Shown piece by piece: positions 8,598-16,161 of a stretch of 29,698 bases of DNA; the stretch's first letter is position 1, and the number at the start of each line of letters is the position of its first letter. The translations under genes and the position numbers were made by a program. The stretch lies in contig JAFMRP010000001.1 in the NCBI GenBank assembly GCA_017354095.1, positions 1-29,698 of the forward strand. The letters run 5' to 3'. A model generated the notes under the pieces. That model had not been told where the DNA came from. It saw only the letters and a program-made list of their open reading frames with translations, and did no database searches. Origin of the DNA: Ktedonobacteraceae bacterium (lineage in GTDB: Bacteria > Chloroflexota > Ktedonobacteria > Ktedonobacterales > Ktedonobacteraceae).

Positions 8598-8647
8598 CGC
8601 TGATTATACCTTTTTATCTTATGGCTTGAAATCATATTACTGAACAT

Positions 8648-8676
8648 AATATAGGGCAGCAGCATACTCTTGTCAA
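8648..8676 (-). promoter_or_regulatory. Near-consensus sigma70 promoter pointing at the small ORF
   Basis: Minus strand TTGACA (8676-8671)-17 bp-TATATT (8653-8648). Confidence 0.65.
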
Positions 8677-8699
8677 GAGAACATATGACGTGATAGCAT
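8670..8699 (+). promoter_or_regulatory. Candidate PadR promoter overlapping the divergent promoter
   Basis: TTGTCA (8670-8675)-18 bp-TAGCAT (8694-8699). The -35 lies inside the palindrome CTCTTG-T-CAAGAG 8667-8679. Confidence 0.45.
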
Positions 8700-9350
8700 A
8701 TGAGCGTCTCGGAAAGCCAAGCTGAAAGAGTGAGTGAAGGCATGCAACGTCCAGAAGCATATCCGATTACCTATGGTGTCCTGGGATTGCTGGCCATCAG
8801 CGGTCCAATGTCGGGTTACGACCTTAAACAGCGATTCGATCATATACTGGCACCTATGTGGGGAGCTACGCACAGCCAGATTTATAATGAATTGCGGCGT
8901 ATGAAGGAGCTAGGCTGGGTAGAAATGGAGCGAGAGGAGCAGGAGTCGCGCCCGGATCGCAAGGTCTATTCGATCACCGAGAGCGGATATGAAGCGCTAG
9001 CAGCCTGGCAGGCACAGCCACCTTCGGTACTACAGCTGCGCGATGAGTTATTGCTCAAAATATTGTTTGGCACGTTCTCCGACCCGGAAGCACTGGCGAA
9101 TAATATTCGACGTGGTATCGTAGAGCACGAGGGCCGTCTGCAACGATACCGGCAGAATTTGCAATTGTTATCTTTCGTTAAACAGCCACCAGAGCCAGGT
9201 AAACGACACAATCCATACGCAGCAAGCGGTGAGGAAGACCCCTACTTCCGCCTTATTTCCCACTTCGCCATCGCCTACGAAAAGACCTATCTTGAGAGCC
9301 TCTATGAAATCCTGGAATTTGTGGAAAAAGGCGAGCACGAGGAAAAGTAG
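8700..9350 (+). CDS. PadR-family transcriptional regulator with long helical C-terminal domain
   Basis: YGVLGLLA..GPMSGYDLKQRF, W.ATHSQIYNEL..M...GWV, RPDRKVYSITESG, LRDELLLK. If the promoter call is right, the real start is ATG 8742. Confidence 0.92.
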   Translation: MSVSESQAERVSEGMQRPEAYPITYGVLGLLAISGPMSGYDLKQRFDHILAPMWGATHSQIYNELRRMKELGWVEMEREEQESRPDRKVYSITESGYEALAAWQAQPPSVLQLRDELLLKILFGTFSDPEALANNIRRGIVEHEGRLQRYRQNLQLLSFVKQPPEPGKRHNPYAASGEEDPYFRLISHFAIAYEKTYLESLYEILEFVEKGEHEEK

Positions 9351-9388
9351 AGATAATAAAAAAAGGCCCTCCATGGCGACAATAATCC

Positions 9389-9418
9389 TTGCTAGCCAGG
9401 TCGCTTCTCTGCTATTCT
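9389..9418 (+). promoter_or_regulatory. Candidate promoter for the LysE gene
   Basis: TTGCTA-18 bp-TATTCT upstream of a strong GAGGAGG RBS. Confidence 0.35.
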
Positions 9419-9464
9419 TTAACAGTGCGGTTATTGTCCACTTTCAATACGAGAGGAGGCCGTA

Positions 9465-10100
9465 GTGCCTACTTTGCCTATTGTGGGTCTTTTTCTACTA
9501 GCTGGATTGGGATTGCTCCTTATTCCCGGGCCATCCGTTTTATATGTCATTGCTCGAAGCGTTGAGCAGGGGAGGCGAGCAGGGTTGGCTTCTGTCGCGG
9601 GCATCGAGCTGGCGGGCATCGTTCATACAGCCGCTGCGGCACTTGGATTGTCGGCAGTGCTACTGACTTCTGCTCTTGCATTTAGCATAGTGAAATACCT
9701 GGGTGCCGCGTATCTGATCTATCTTGGTCTTCGCACACTGCTCACACGAGACAAAAACAGTCAGGCGCCGGTACAGGTTCCAAAGAGCTTATCGCAGCTC
9801 TTTACTCAGGGTTTCCTCGTGAACCTGCTCAACCCGAAAACGGCACTCTTCTTTTATGCCTTTCTACCACAATTCGTTGACCCAACCAGAGGGGCAGTCG
9901 TAGAACAGATTCTCGTATTTGGGACGCTTTTTGTATTACTGGCCTCCTGTACAGATAGCCTTTACGCTCTGCTTGGCTCAACAGTAGGAATTTTTCTGCG
10001 CAGGAACATACATGTTCGACGTATGCAACGATATGTAACAGGGTGCGTCTATATTGCGCTTGGAATAACCACAGCCATCATAGGTTCAGAAAAAAAGTAG
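9465..10100 (+). CDS. LysE/RhtB-family amino-acid exporter
   Basis: IPGPSVLYVIARS..QGRRAGL, KYLGAAYLIYLG, QGFLVNLLNPKTALFF.AFLPQF. GTG start with GAGGAGG. Confidence 0.93.
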   Translation: MPTLPIVGLFLLAGLGLLLIPGPSVLYVIARSVEQGRRAGLASVAGIELAGIVHTAAAALGLSAVLLTSALAFSIVKYLGAAYLIYLGLRTLLTRDKNSQAPVQVPKSLSQLFTQGFLVNLLNPKTALFFYAFLPQFVDPTRGAVVEQILVFGTLFVLLASCTDSLYALLGSTVGIFLRRNIHVRRMQRYVTGCVYIALGITTAIIGSEKK

Positions 10101-10159
10101 CGGTGCAAGCAGCGCCAAAGCCTTTAATCTCGCGAAGAGTTATAACTTACGCCCTGCTC

Positions 10160-10219
10160 TATGACTTTCGTCATGCCGCATTACCCATACCTTTGACACA
10201 TAGTAAGATTATGACTTTC
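10160..10219. promoter_or_regulatory. Candidate NarL/LuxR response-regulator operator pair upstream of the ABC exporter
   Basis: Palindrome ATGAC-TTTC-GTCAT 10161-10174. The 10-mer TATGACTTTC recurs exactly 50 bp later (10160, 10210). A downstream -10 TATACT 10249-10254 has no recognisable -35. Confidence 0.5.
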
Positions 10220-10305
10220 CATACTTCCTAAGCTTAACCTTTTATGGCTATACTTATCCTCAATAACGAAAAAGGCATCCTTCATACCGAGGAGTTTTCT
10301 TAACC

Positions 10306-11124
10306 ATGCAAGAATCGATACTGGGTACCTCTAAAACTGGGCCAATCCACCTCCCAAAGGATGAACGCTCAGTAGAAGTAGAGATACAGAACCTGGTGAA
10401 AACCTTTGGAAAACACGAAGCAGTCAAAGGTGTCTCTTTCACCATCGGTAAGAGCGAAATCTTTGGTCTACTCGGCCCCAATGGAGCAGGGAAAAGTACC
10501 ACCATCAACATGATGTGTGGTTATCTACAGCCAACCTCTGGTGACACACTCATCAATGGACGATCAATCGCCAGGGAGCCACGACAGGTGAAACGCATCA
10601 TTGGAGTTGTTCCGCAAGAGATCGCACTTTATAATGATCTGACCGCGCTGGAGAACCTGGAGTTTTTTGGCGAGATCTATAGTCTATCCTCGAAAAAGCG
10701 TAGGGTGCGCGCCGAAGAGTTGCTGCACTTCGTCGGGCTCTATGACAGGCGGAAAGAATCAGTCAAAACCTTTTCGGGTGGTATGCAGCGCCGCATTAAT
10801 ATGGCCATTGCCTTAATGCATCAGCCGGCATTCCTGATGATGGATGAGCCAACCGTTGGCGTTGATCCGCAATCCCGCGAGCACATCTTCGACGCCATTG
10901 AGAAGCTACGCGATCAAGGAACCACCATTCTCTACACAACCCACTATATGGAAGAGGCCGAGCGGCTGTGCAATCGCATCGCCATCATGGACGAAGGACG
11001 AATCATCGCGCTAGGAACGCTGGAACAACTGCTTGCTATGCGAGATCAGAATCGCGAAGTGCAACGCCCCCATGGATTGCAAGAATTGTTTATCCAGCTG
11101 ACTGGAAAAACGCTACGTGACTGA
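10306..11124 (+). CDS. ABC exporter ATP-binding subunit (DrrA/LnrL-like)
   Basis: Walker A GPNGAGKST, signature FSGGMQRR, Walker B MMDEPT, H-loop TTHYMEEAE. RBS GAGGAG. Confidence 0.95.
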   Translation: MQESILGTSKTGPIHLPKDERSVEVEIQNLVKTFGKHEAVKGVSFTIGKSEIFGLLGPNGAGKSTTINMMCGYLQPTSGDTLINGRSIAREPRQVKRIIGVVPQEIALYNDLTALENLEFFGEIYSLSSKKRRVRAEELLHFVGLYDRRKESVKTFSGGMQRRINMAIALMHQPAFLMMDEPTVGVDPQSREHIFDAIEKLRDQGTTILYTTHYMEEAERLCNRIAIMDEGRIIALGTLEQLLAMRDQNREVQRPHGLQELFIQLTGKTLRD

Positions 11125-11170
11125 TAATAAAGAGCAAAGCTTTGCCTGATAAACAAGGGAAAATATTGTT

Positions 11171-12427
11171 ATGAAGACACTCTGGTATATCGCAAAAAAA
11201 GATCTGCGGCAGGTACTCAAGGATAGAAGTTCACTTCTGCTTTTACTGGTTGTTCCTCTCGCGCTCATCGCGGTAGTAGGCTTCGCCTTTGGGAATGTCT
11301 TTGGCGACGGTTCTACGCAGATTCAAATTAAAGTAGCAGTGAGCAACCAGGACACCGGTCAGAACGCCTACATTGGCAAAGCAATCGTCAATGCACTGAA
11401 GATCAATACTAACCAGCTCGTGATAACGGTGAACGACTACAGTGATTCTGGCCAGGTAACAAAACAGGTCACAGCCTCGAATAGCCCCGCAGACGTTGGG
11501 ATTGTTATTCCGGCAGGAGCAAGCGGAGCTCTGATGACCGCCACGCAGCAGGGTACCATGCCCAAGAATCTTGTGCAGTTCTATACATTGCCAAACAATA
11601 ATGATGCTCGTATCACCATTGTGCAGAACGTGGTGAACAGCGTTATCAGTTCGCAACTTGCGGGGAGTACAGCCATCGGTCAGGTCAACAAAGTCTGCCA
11701 CCAACCGGGGAACCACTGTGATCAGAGCACGATTGATAATAGCGCCATTAATACAGCCGTCGCCCAGGCCAGCGCCTCGTCCGACCAGGCAGTTCAGTCA
11801 TTGACAGCAGGCCAGGCGGTCAAGGTTGGACCATTTGATCAGACAGTGCCTGGTTATGCAATTTTCTTTTCGCTCTTCGGCCTGAATGCAGCAGCAGCCA
11901 CGATCTTGCAAGAGAAGGAAGATGGTACCTTTCGTCGCTTGCTGATAGCACCTATACAGAAGTATGCATTACTGGGAGGCAAGTTACTAGCGCAGTTTAT
12001 CCTGACCCTGGCTCAGCTGCTAGTACTCTTCCTGGTTGGTTACTTCGTCTTCAAGATGCACATTGACTCATGGCCAACGGTAATACTGATGCTTATCGGT
12101 ACCAGCTTTGCCGCAACGGGTCTTGGTATCTTGCTCGTTTCCATTGTGAAGACACGCCGCCAGTTAAATCCGGTGATAACGCTGGTTACACTCATCACTT
12201 CAGCCATTGGTGGTGCATGGTGGCCACTTTTCATCGAGCCGACCTGGATGCAGCAAGTGGCCAAGGTCGGGATCACCGCCTGGGCGATGGAGGGGCTGAA
12301 CGCAACCATGATCTTTGGCAAGGGCTTTATGGAAGTATTACCAGATATCCTGGGTTTGCTGGCATACGGGACGATCTGTTTTGTGATTGCGCTAAGGTTC
12401 TTCCGCTTTCAAGAGAAGGCAGCGTAG
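11171..12427 (+). CDS. ABC-2 type exporter permease with large extracytoplasmic domain
   Basis: AKKDLRQ..KDR N-terminus, one TM helix plus a large loop, then EKEDGTFRRLLIAP and a multi-TM C-terminus (GGAWWP). Confidence 0.92.
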   Translation: MKTLWYIAKKDLRQVLKDRSSLLLLLVVPLALIAVVGFAFGNVFGDGSTQIQIKVAVSNQDTGQNAYIGKAIVNALKINTNQLVITVNDYSDSGQVTKQVTASNSPADVGIVIPAGASGALMTATQQGTMPKNLVQFYTLPNNNDARITIVQNVVNSVISSQLAGSTAIGQVNKVCHQPGNHCDQSTIDNSAINTAVAQASASSDQAVQSLTAGQAVKVGPFDQTVPGYAIFFSLFGLNAAAATILQEKEDGTFRRLLIAPIQKYALLGGKLLAQFILTLAQLLVLFLVGYFVFKMHIDSWPTVILMLIGTSFAATGLGILLVSIVKTRRQLNPVITLVTLITSAIGGAWWPLFIEPTWMQQVAKVGITAWAMEGLNATMIFGKGFMEVLPDILGLLAYGTICFVIALRFFRFQEKAA

Positions 12428-12447
12428 GCAAAAAGAAGGTTTGAATG

Positions 12448-12468
12448 TGGCCCTGGTGACCAGGGCCA
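12448..12468. promoter_or_regulatory. Perfect palindrome between the permease and the response regulator
   Basis: TGGCCCTGGT-G-ACCAGGGCCA. It overlaps GTGAC-CAGG-GCCAT (12456-12469), an 8/10 match to ATGAC-N4-GTCAT. Confidence 0.4.
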
Positions 12469-12540
12469 TCATCGTTGACAGAGGGAATGTCATCTGACAT
12501 AGTTAGCGTAGTACACATATACATCCTGGAGAAAACACTT

Positions 12541-13215
12541 ATGACCGACACGATTCGCATCCTCCTATGTGAAGATCAAACGCTCATGCGTCAGGGGCTA
12601 CGTACCATCCTTGAGTTGGAGCCTGGTTTTCAAATCGCGGGCGAGGCAGCCGATGGCGAAGAGGCGGTCAAGCGCTACGGAGAACTACGAAACCAGGACA
12701 GCGGTCCTGACATCGTCCTCATGGATATCCAGATGCCACGTATGAGCGGTGTACAGGCCACCGCGGCTCTCACCGCCAGCGATCCCGCGACACGCGTTAT
12801 CATCCTCACCACCTTCGACTACGAAGACTATGTCTTTGAAGCTATCAAAGCCGGTGCTATGGGTTATCTACTCAAAGATGTGCCCGCCTCTGAATTAACG
12901 GCAACCATTCGTCAGGTGTATGCAGGGGAGCCATCCATTCAGCCCAAAATCGCCAATAAGCTCCTGATCGAGTATGGGCGTAAGGGACGTCCCAATGCCG
13001 GAGCAGCCCGACCAGAAGAACACGATGAACTAAGCCCACGAGAGATAGAGATACTCAAGCTGATCGCCGAGGGAGCAAGCAACCGCAAAATTGCTGAGAA
13101 GCTTGTGTTAGCCGAGGGAACTGTTAAAAACCACGTCTCAAATATCCTGGGCAAGCTTCACACCGAAAACCGTACCCAGGCTGCCTACCTGGCACGAGAG
13201 CGCAATCTACTCTAG
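12541..13215 (+). CDS. Response regulator, NarL/LuxR family
   Basis: ILLCEDQ, LMDIQMP (phospho-Asp), LTTFD, GYLLKD, HTH LSPREIEIL..IAEGASN..IA..L..AEGTVKNHVSNILGKL. ATG 12541 with GGAGA RBS. Confidence 0.95.
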   Translation: MTDTIRILLCEDQTLMRQGLRTILELEPGFQIAGEAADGEEAVKRYGELRNQDSGPDIVLMDIQMPRMSGVQATAALTASDPATRVIILTTFDYEDYVFEAIKAGAMGYLLKDVPASELTATIRQVYAGEPSIQPKIANKLLIEYGRKGRPNAGAARPEEHDELSPREIEILKLIAEGASNRKIAEKLVLAEGTVKNHVSNILGKLHTENRTQAAYLARERNLL

Positions 13216-13250
13216 AGGACCTCCGTTCTTTCACCAAAGGGGAGAGGCAT

Positions 13251-14603
13251 ATGCCACAGAATTTAGATATAGCGAAAGACAACGAACGCTTTCAGCGCCT
13301 CTTCGAGCGAGCCAAATTGGCATATATCAGCATCGCGCTCATCGGTTTGATTACATCAACCAGTATCGTTCTGATTAACAATCCGATCTATATGCATGAT
13401 TGGCGTGGCATTGCCTGTATTGTTCTCGCACTGGTATCATGCATAGTCTACTCAATCCCCATGCTGCTGCCCGACCCGGGGTGGCCTCCACCACTGTACT
13501 ACTCCTTGAGCTTATGGTTAGGCCTCTACCTTGCGACAATACTGCTCTCGTTCATAGATCCTACTTTTATCTGGAACTTCTACCTGGCTCTTGGAATGAG
13601 CTCTGCTCTATTTCAGTCGCGTCGCTTGCTGCTCGCCATGGGTATCATCGCGCTTACAACATTTGCTTTTCAGGGTCTTTTAACGTGGCCACCGCGTGGA
13701 GACGCTCTGATAAGCATTGTTGGGCAAACTATGAGCTTTGTCAGCTTGACAGCTTTCTGTATGGTGCTGCAGCACATGATACGTGAACGCTATGAGCGGA
13801 ACGCACTTCTGCAGCAATTAGCCCAGACAAATACCGAATTAGAAGCAGCACATCGTCAATTAGCGCAATCGGTGAGCCAGGAACAGGAGCTTGCCGTTTT
13901 GCGCGAGCGCACCCGGCTGGCGCGCGAGATGCATGATACACTCGGCCATGCTCTGGTCCTCATCTCTGTCAAGCTAGAGGCCGCGCAGCGGCTCCGTGAA
14001 CGCGATCCCGAACGCTGCGAACGCGAATTAGAATCCACAAAAGAAATCGCGCGCGACAGTATGGCGGCCTTGCGTGCCTCCATCGCTAACCTGCGATCTC
14101 CGGCATTAGAGCATGAACATATCTACAACGCACTCGGCCGTGCTGCCAGAGAACTCGCCCAGCGCACAGGTTTACATATCACATACACGCTCCAGGCGGA
14201 TCTTGAAAATCTGTCCGAGCTAGTCGTAGAAACACTCTGGAAAGTAAGCCAGGAGACACTCACAAACATCGAAAAACATGCCCATGCAAGCCTGGTAGAC
14301 CTGTGCATCAGCCGGCATGAAGGGAAAATACTCATGAGCATTCACGATAACGGTGTCGGGCTACCGCCGGAATTGTATCAGATTCGGAAAGATGAAAGCC
14401 TGGTATATACGAGCCCGCGGGGCCACTACGGGCTTAGTGGTATGATTGAACGGGTAGAGGGCATCGGTGGACGTCTTTCTCTCCAATCTAGCAAAGAGCA
14501 GGGCACAACTATCACAATTGAACTGCCACTTTCAGACATCAATCAGTTAGGAGACAATCGTCACACGTCTTTGGAAGTGCTAAATCTGGCACAAAATCAA
14601 TAA
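13251..14603 (+). CDS. Membrane sensor histidine kinase (HisKA_3, DesK/NarX type)
   Basis: About five TM helices, H-box ERTRLAREMHDTLGH, N-box QETLTNIEKHAHA, G-boxes DNGVG and GHYGLSGMIER. Confidence 0.95.
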   Translation: MPQNLDIAKDNERFQRLFERAKLAYISIALIGLITSTSIVLINNPIYMHDWRGIACIVLALVSCIVYSIPMLLPDPGWPPPLYYSLSLWLGLYLATILLSFIDPTFIWNFYLALGMSSALFQSRRLLLAMGIIALTTFAFQGLLTWPPRGDALISIVGQTMSFVSLTAFCMVLQHMIRERYERNALLQQLAQTNTELEAAHRQLAQSVSQEQELAVLRERTRLAREMHDTLGHALVLISVKLEAAQRLRERDPERCERELESTKEIARDSMAALRASIANLRSPALEHEHIYNALGRAARELAQRTGLHITYTLQADLENLSELVVETLWKVSQETLTNIEKHAHASLVDLCISRHEGKILMSIHDNGVGLPPELYQIRKDESLVYTSPRGHYGLSGMIERVEGIGGRLSLQSSKEQGTTITIELPLSDINQLGDNRHTSLEVLNLAQNQ

Positions 14604-14611
14604 ACGCCGCC

Positions 14612-14653
14612 ATAGAAAAGAGGCTCGTGGCTGTTCACGAGCCTCTTTTCTAT
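14612..14653. terminator. Bidirectional intrinsic terminator between the kinase and nuoN
   Basis: ATAGAAAAGAGGCTCGTG-GCTGTT-CACGAGCCTCTTTTCTAT: perfect 18-bp arms with A/T tracts on both sides, between convergent genes. Confidence 0.9.
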
Positions 14654-14666
14654 TTGTGTACAAAGG

Positions 14667-16148
14667 CTATCTGCTACCCAGGAAAGCCAGCAAGCTGCTG
14701 GCGGCAGGATCGGCCAGACTCAGGATCACTGGAACGATGATGAAGAGCACCAGCAGAGCAGCCGAGGCCAGCGTGATCGACGTACCCAGGCTCAACGAAG
14801 TAGCCAGACGCCCCTCTTTAGCCGGAGCATCAAAGAACATCACCTTGATCAGACGGCCATAGTAGACCAGCGAGATAATGCTATTCAACAGCGCGATGAT
14901 CACCAGCCACTGCTGGCCCAGGCCCCAGGAGGCGGTGAAGAGCACCACCTTACTGAAGAAGCCAGCGGCAGGAGGAATGCCGGCCAGTGAGAGCAGGCAG
15001 AAAGCTGTTCCTGCACTCAACAGCGGCGCACGCTTCCACAGACCCTTGAAGTCATCAAAGCGTTCGCCACCGGTCAAGTTGGCCAGCGCGATAACACCGG
15101 AAAAGGCTCCCAGGTTGGTAATCACATAGACCAGAATGAAGAAGAGCGCGGCACTGGTGCCATCAGGCTTGCCCGTGTCCAGGCTACCAATCACACCAAC
15201 CAGAATGTAGCCAGCCTGCGCGATACTCGAATAGGCCATCATGCGCTTGACATTCGACTGCACCGCCGCCACAACGTTACCCAGCGTCATAGTCAGCACA
15301 GCCACAATCGAGAGGATCAAGATCAGATTGCCATGTTCAGGCCGACTCAGGCCAGAATAGGTAAAGATGCGGATCAACGCCGCAAAACCCGCAGCCTTCG
15401 AGCCAACCGAGAAGAATGCGGTGGCCGGAGTGGGCGAACCTTCATAGATGTCTGGCGCCCACATGTGGAAGGGCACCGCTGAAATCTTGAAGCCAAAGCC
15501 CGCGATCACCAGCAGATCGGCCATGAGCACCATCAGGTTACCACCCTGAAAGCCCTGCTGGAAAGCTCGGGCAATGCCTTGTAGATCGGTCGTGCCAGTC
15601 AAGCCATAGAGCAGAGCGAAGCCATAGAGCAAGATCGCCGAAGACATCGCACCCAGCAACACATATTTGACCGCCGCCTCCGAAGACTTCTTATCGCCAC
15701 GGATCAGGCCTGCCATCACATAAAGCGGGAAGCTCGTCAACTCCAGCGAGATGTAGATCGTGATCAGTTCACCCGTGCTGGCCATCAGCATCATGCCCGT
15801 TGTAGAAAGCAGCAGCAGCGAATAGAACTCGCCATCCGCCTTCACATACTTGCCCACATAATCGTAGGAAGCCAGGATCATGATAGCGGCGATCAGCAGG
15901 AAAATGACCTTGAAAAAGAGCGCATACTGGTCCACCACCAGCATACCAAAGAACGCCGTCCGGGGGGTAGCCGGAGCGGTCAGAGCCAGAGCAATAGTGA
16001 ACGCGGTCGGGACGATTAGACCGACCAGCGCCACTCCAGCGATCACAGCGCGCTGTTTGACGAATAAGGAAACCATCATCACTGTCAGCCCCAGCAACGT
16101 CAAAGATAGCTCTGGCGCCAACAGGAAGAGATCAGACACTCTAAACAT
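14667..16148 (-). CDS. nuoN: NADH-quinone oxidoreductase subunit N
   Basis: GEFYSLLL, SLELTSFPLYVMAG, EAAVKY.LLGA.SS, GFGFKISAVPFHMWAPDIYEG.PTP, KRMMAYSSIAQAGY, GFFSK. ATG 16148 preferred over TTG 16157. Confidence 0.95.
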   Translation of the reverse strand: MFRVSDLFLLAPELSLTLLGLTVMMVSLFVKQRAVIAGVALVGLIVPTAFTIALALTAPATPRTAFFGMLVVDQYALFFKVIFLLIAAIMILASYDYVGKYVKADGEFYSLLLLSTTGMMLMASTGELITIYISLELTSFPLYVMAGLIRGDKKSSEAAVKYVLLGAMSSAILLYGFALLYGLTGTTDLQGIARAFQQGFQGGNLMVLMADLLVIAGFGFKISAVPFHMWAPDIYEGSPTPATAFFSVGSKAAGFAALIRIFTYSGLSRPEHGNLILILSIVAVLTMTLGNVVAAVQSNVKRMMAYSSIAQAGYILVGVIGSLDTGKPDGTSAALFFILVYVITNLGAFSGVIALANLTGGERFDDFKGLWKRAPLLSAGTAFCLLSLAGIPPAAGFFSKVVLFTASWGLGQQWLVIIALLNSIISLVYYGRLIKVMFFDAPAKEGRLATSLSLGTSITLASAALLVLFIIVPVILSLADPAASSLLAFLGSR

Positions 16149-16161
16149 AGAACCCAACTCC

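Noticed and set aside
8549-8743. 64-aa minus-strand ORF from the track
   Set aside because: It spans both divergent promoters and the PadR start region; the 30-aa ORF in another frame fits the signals better.
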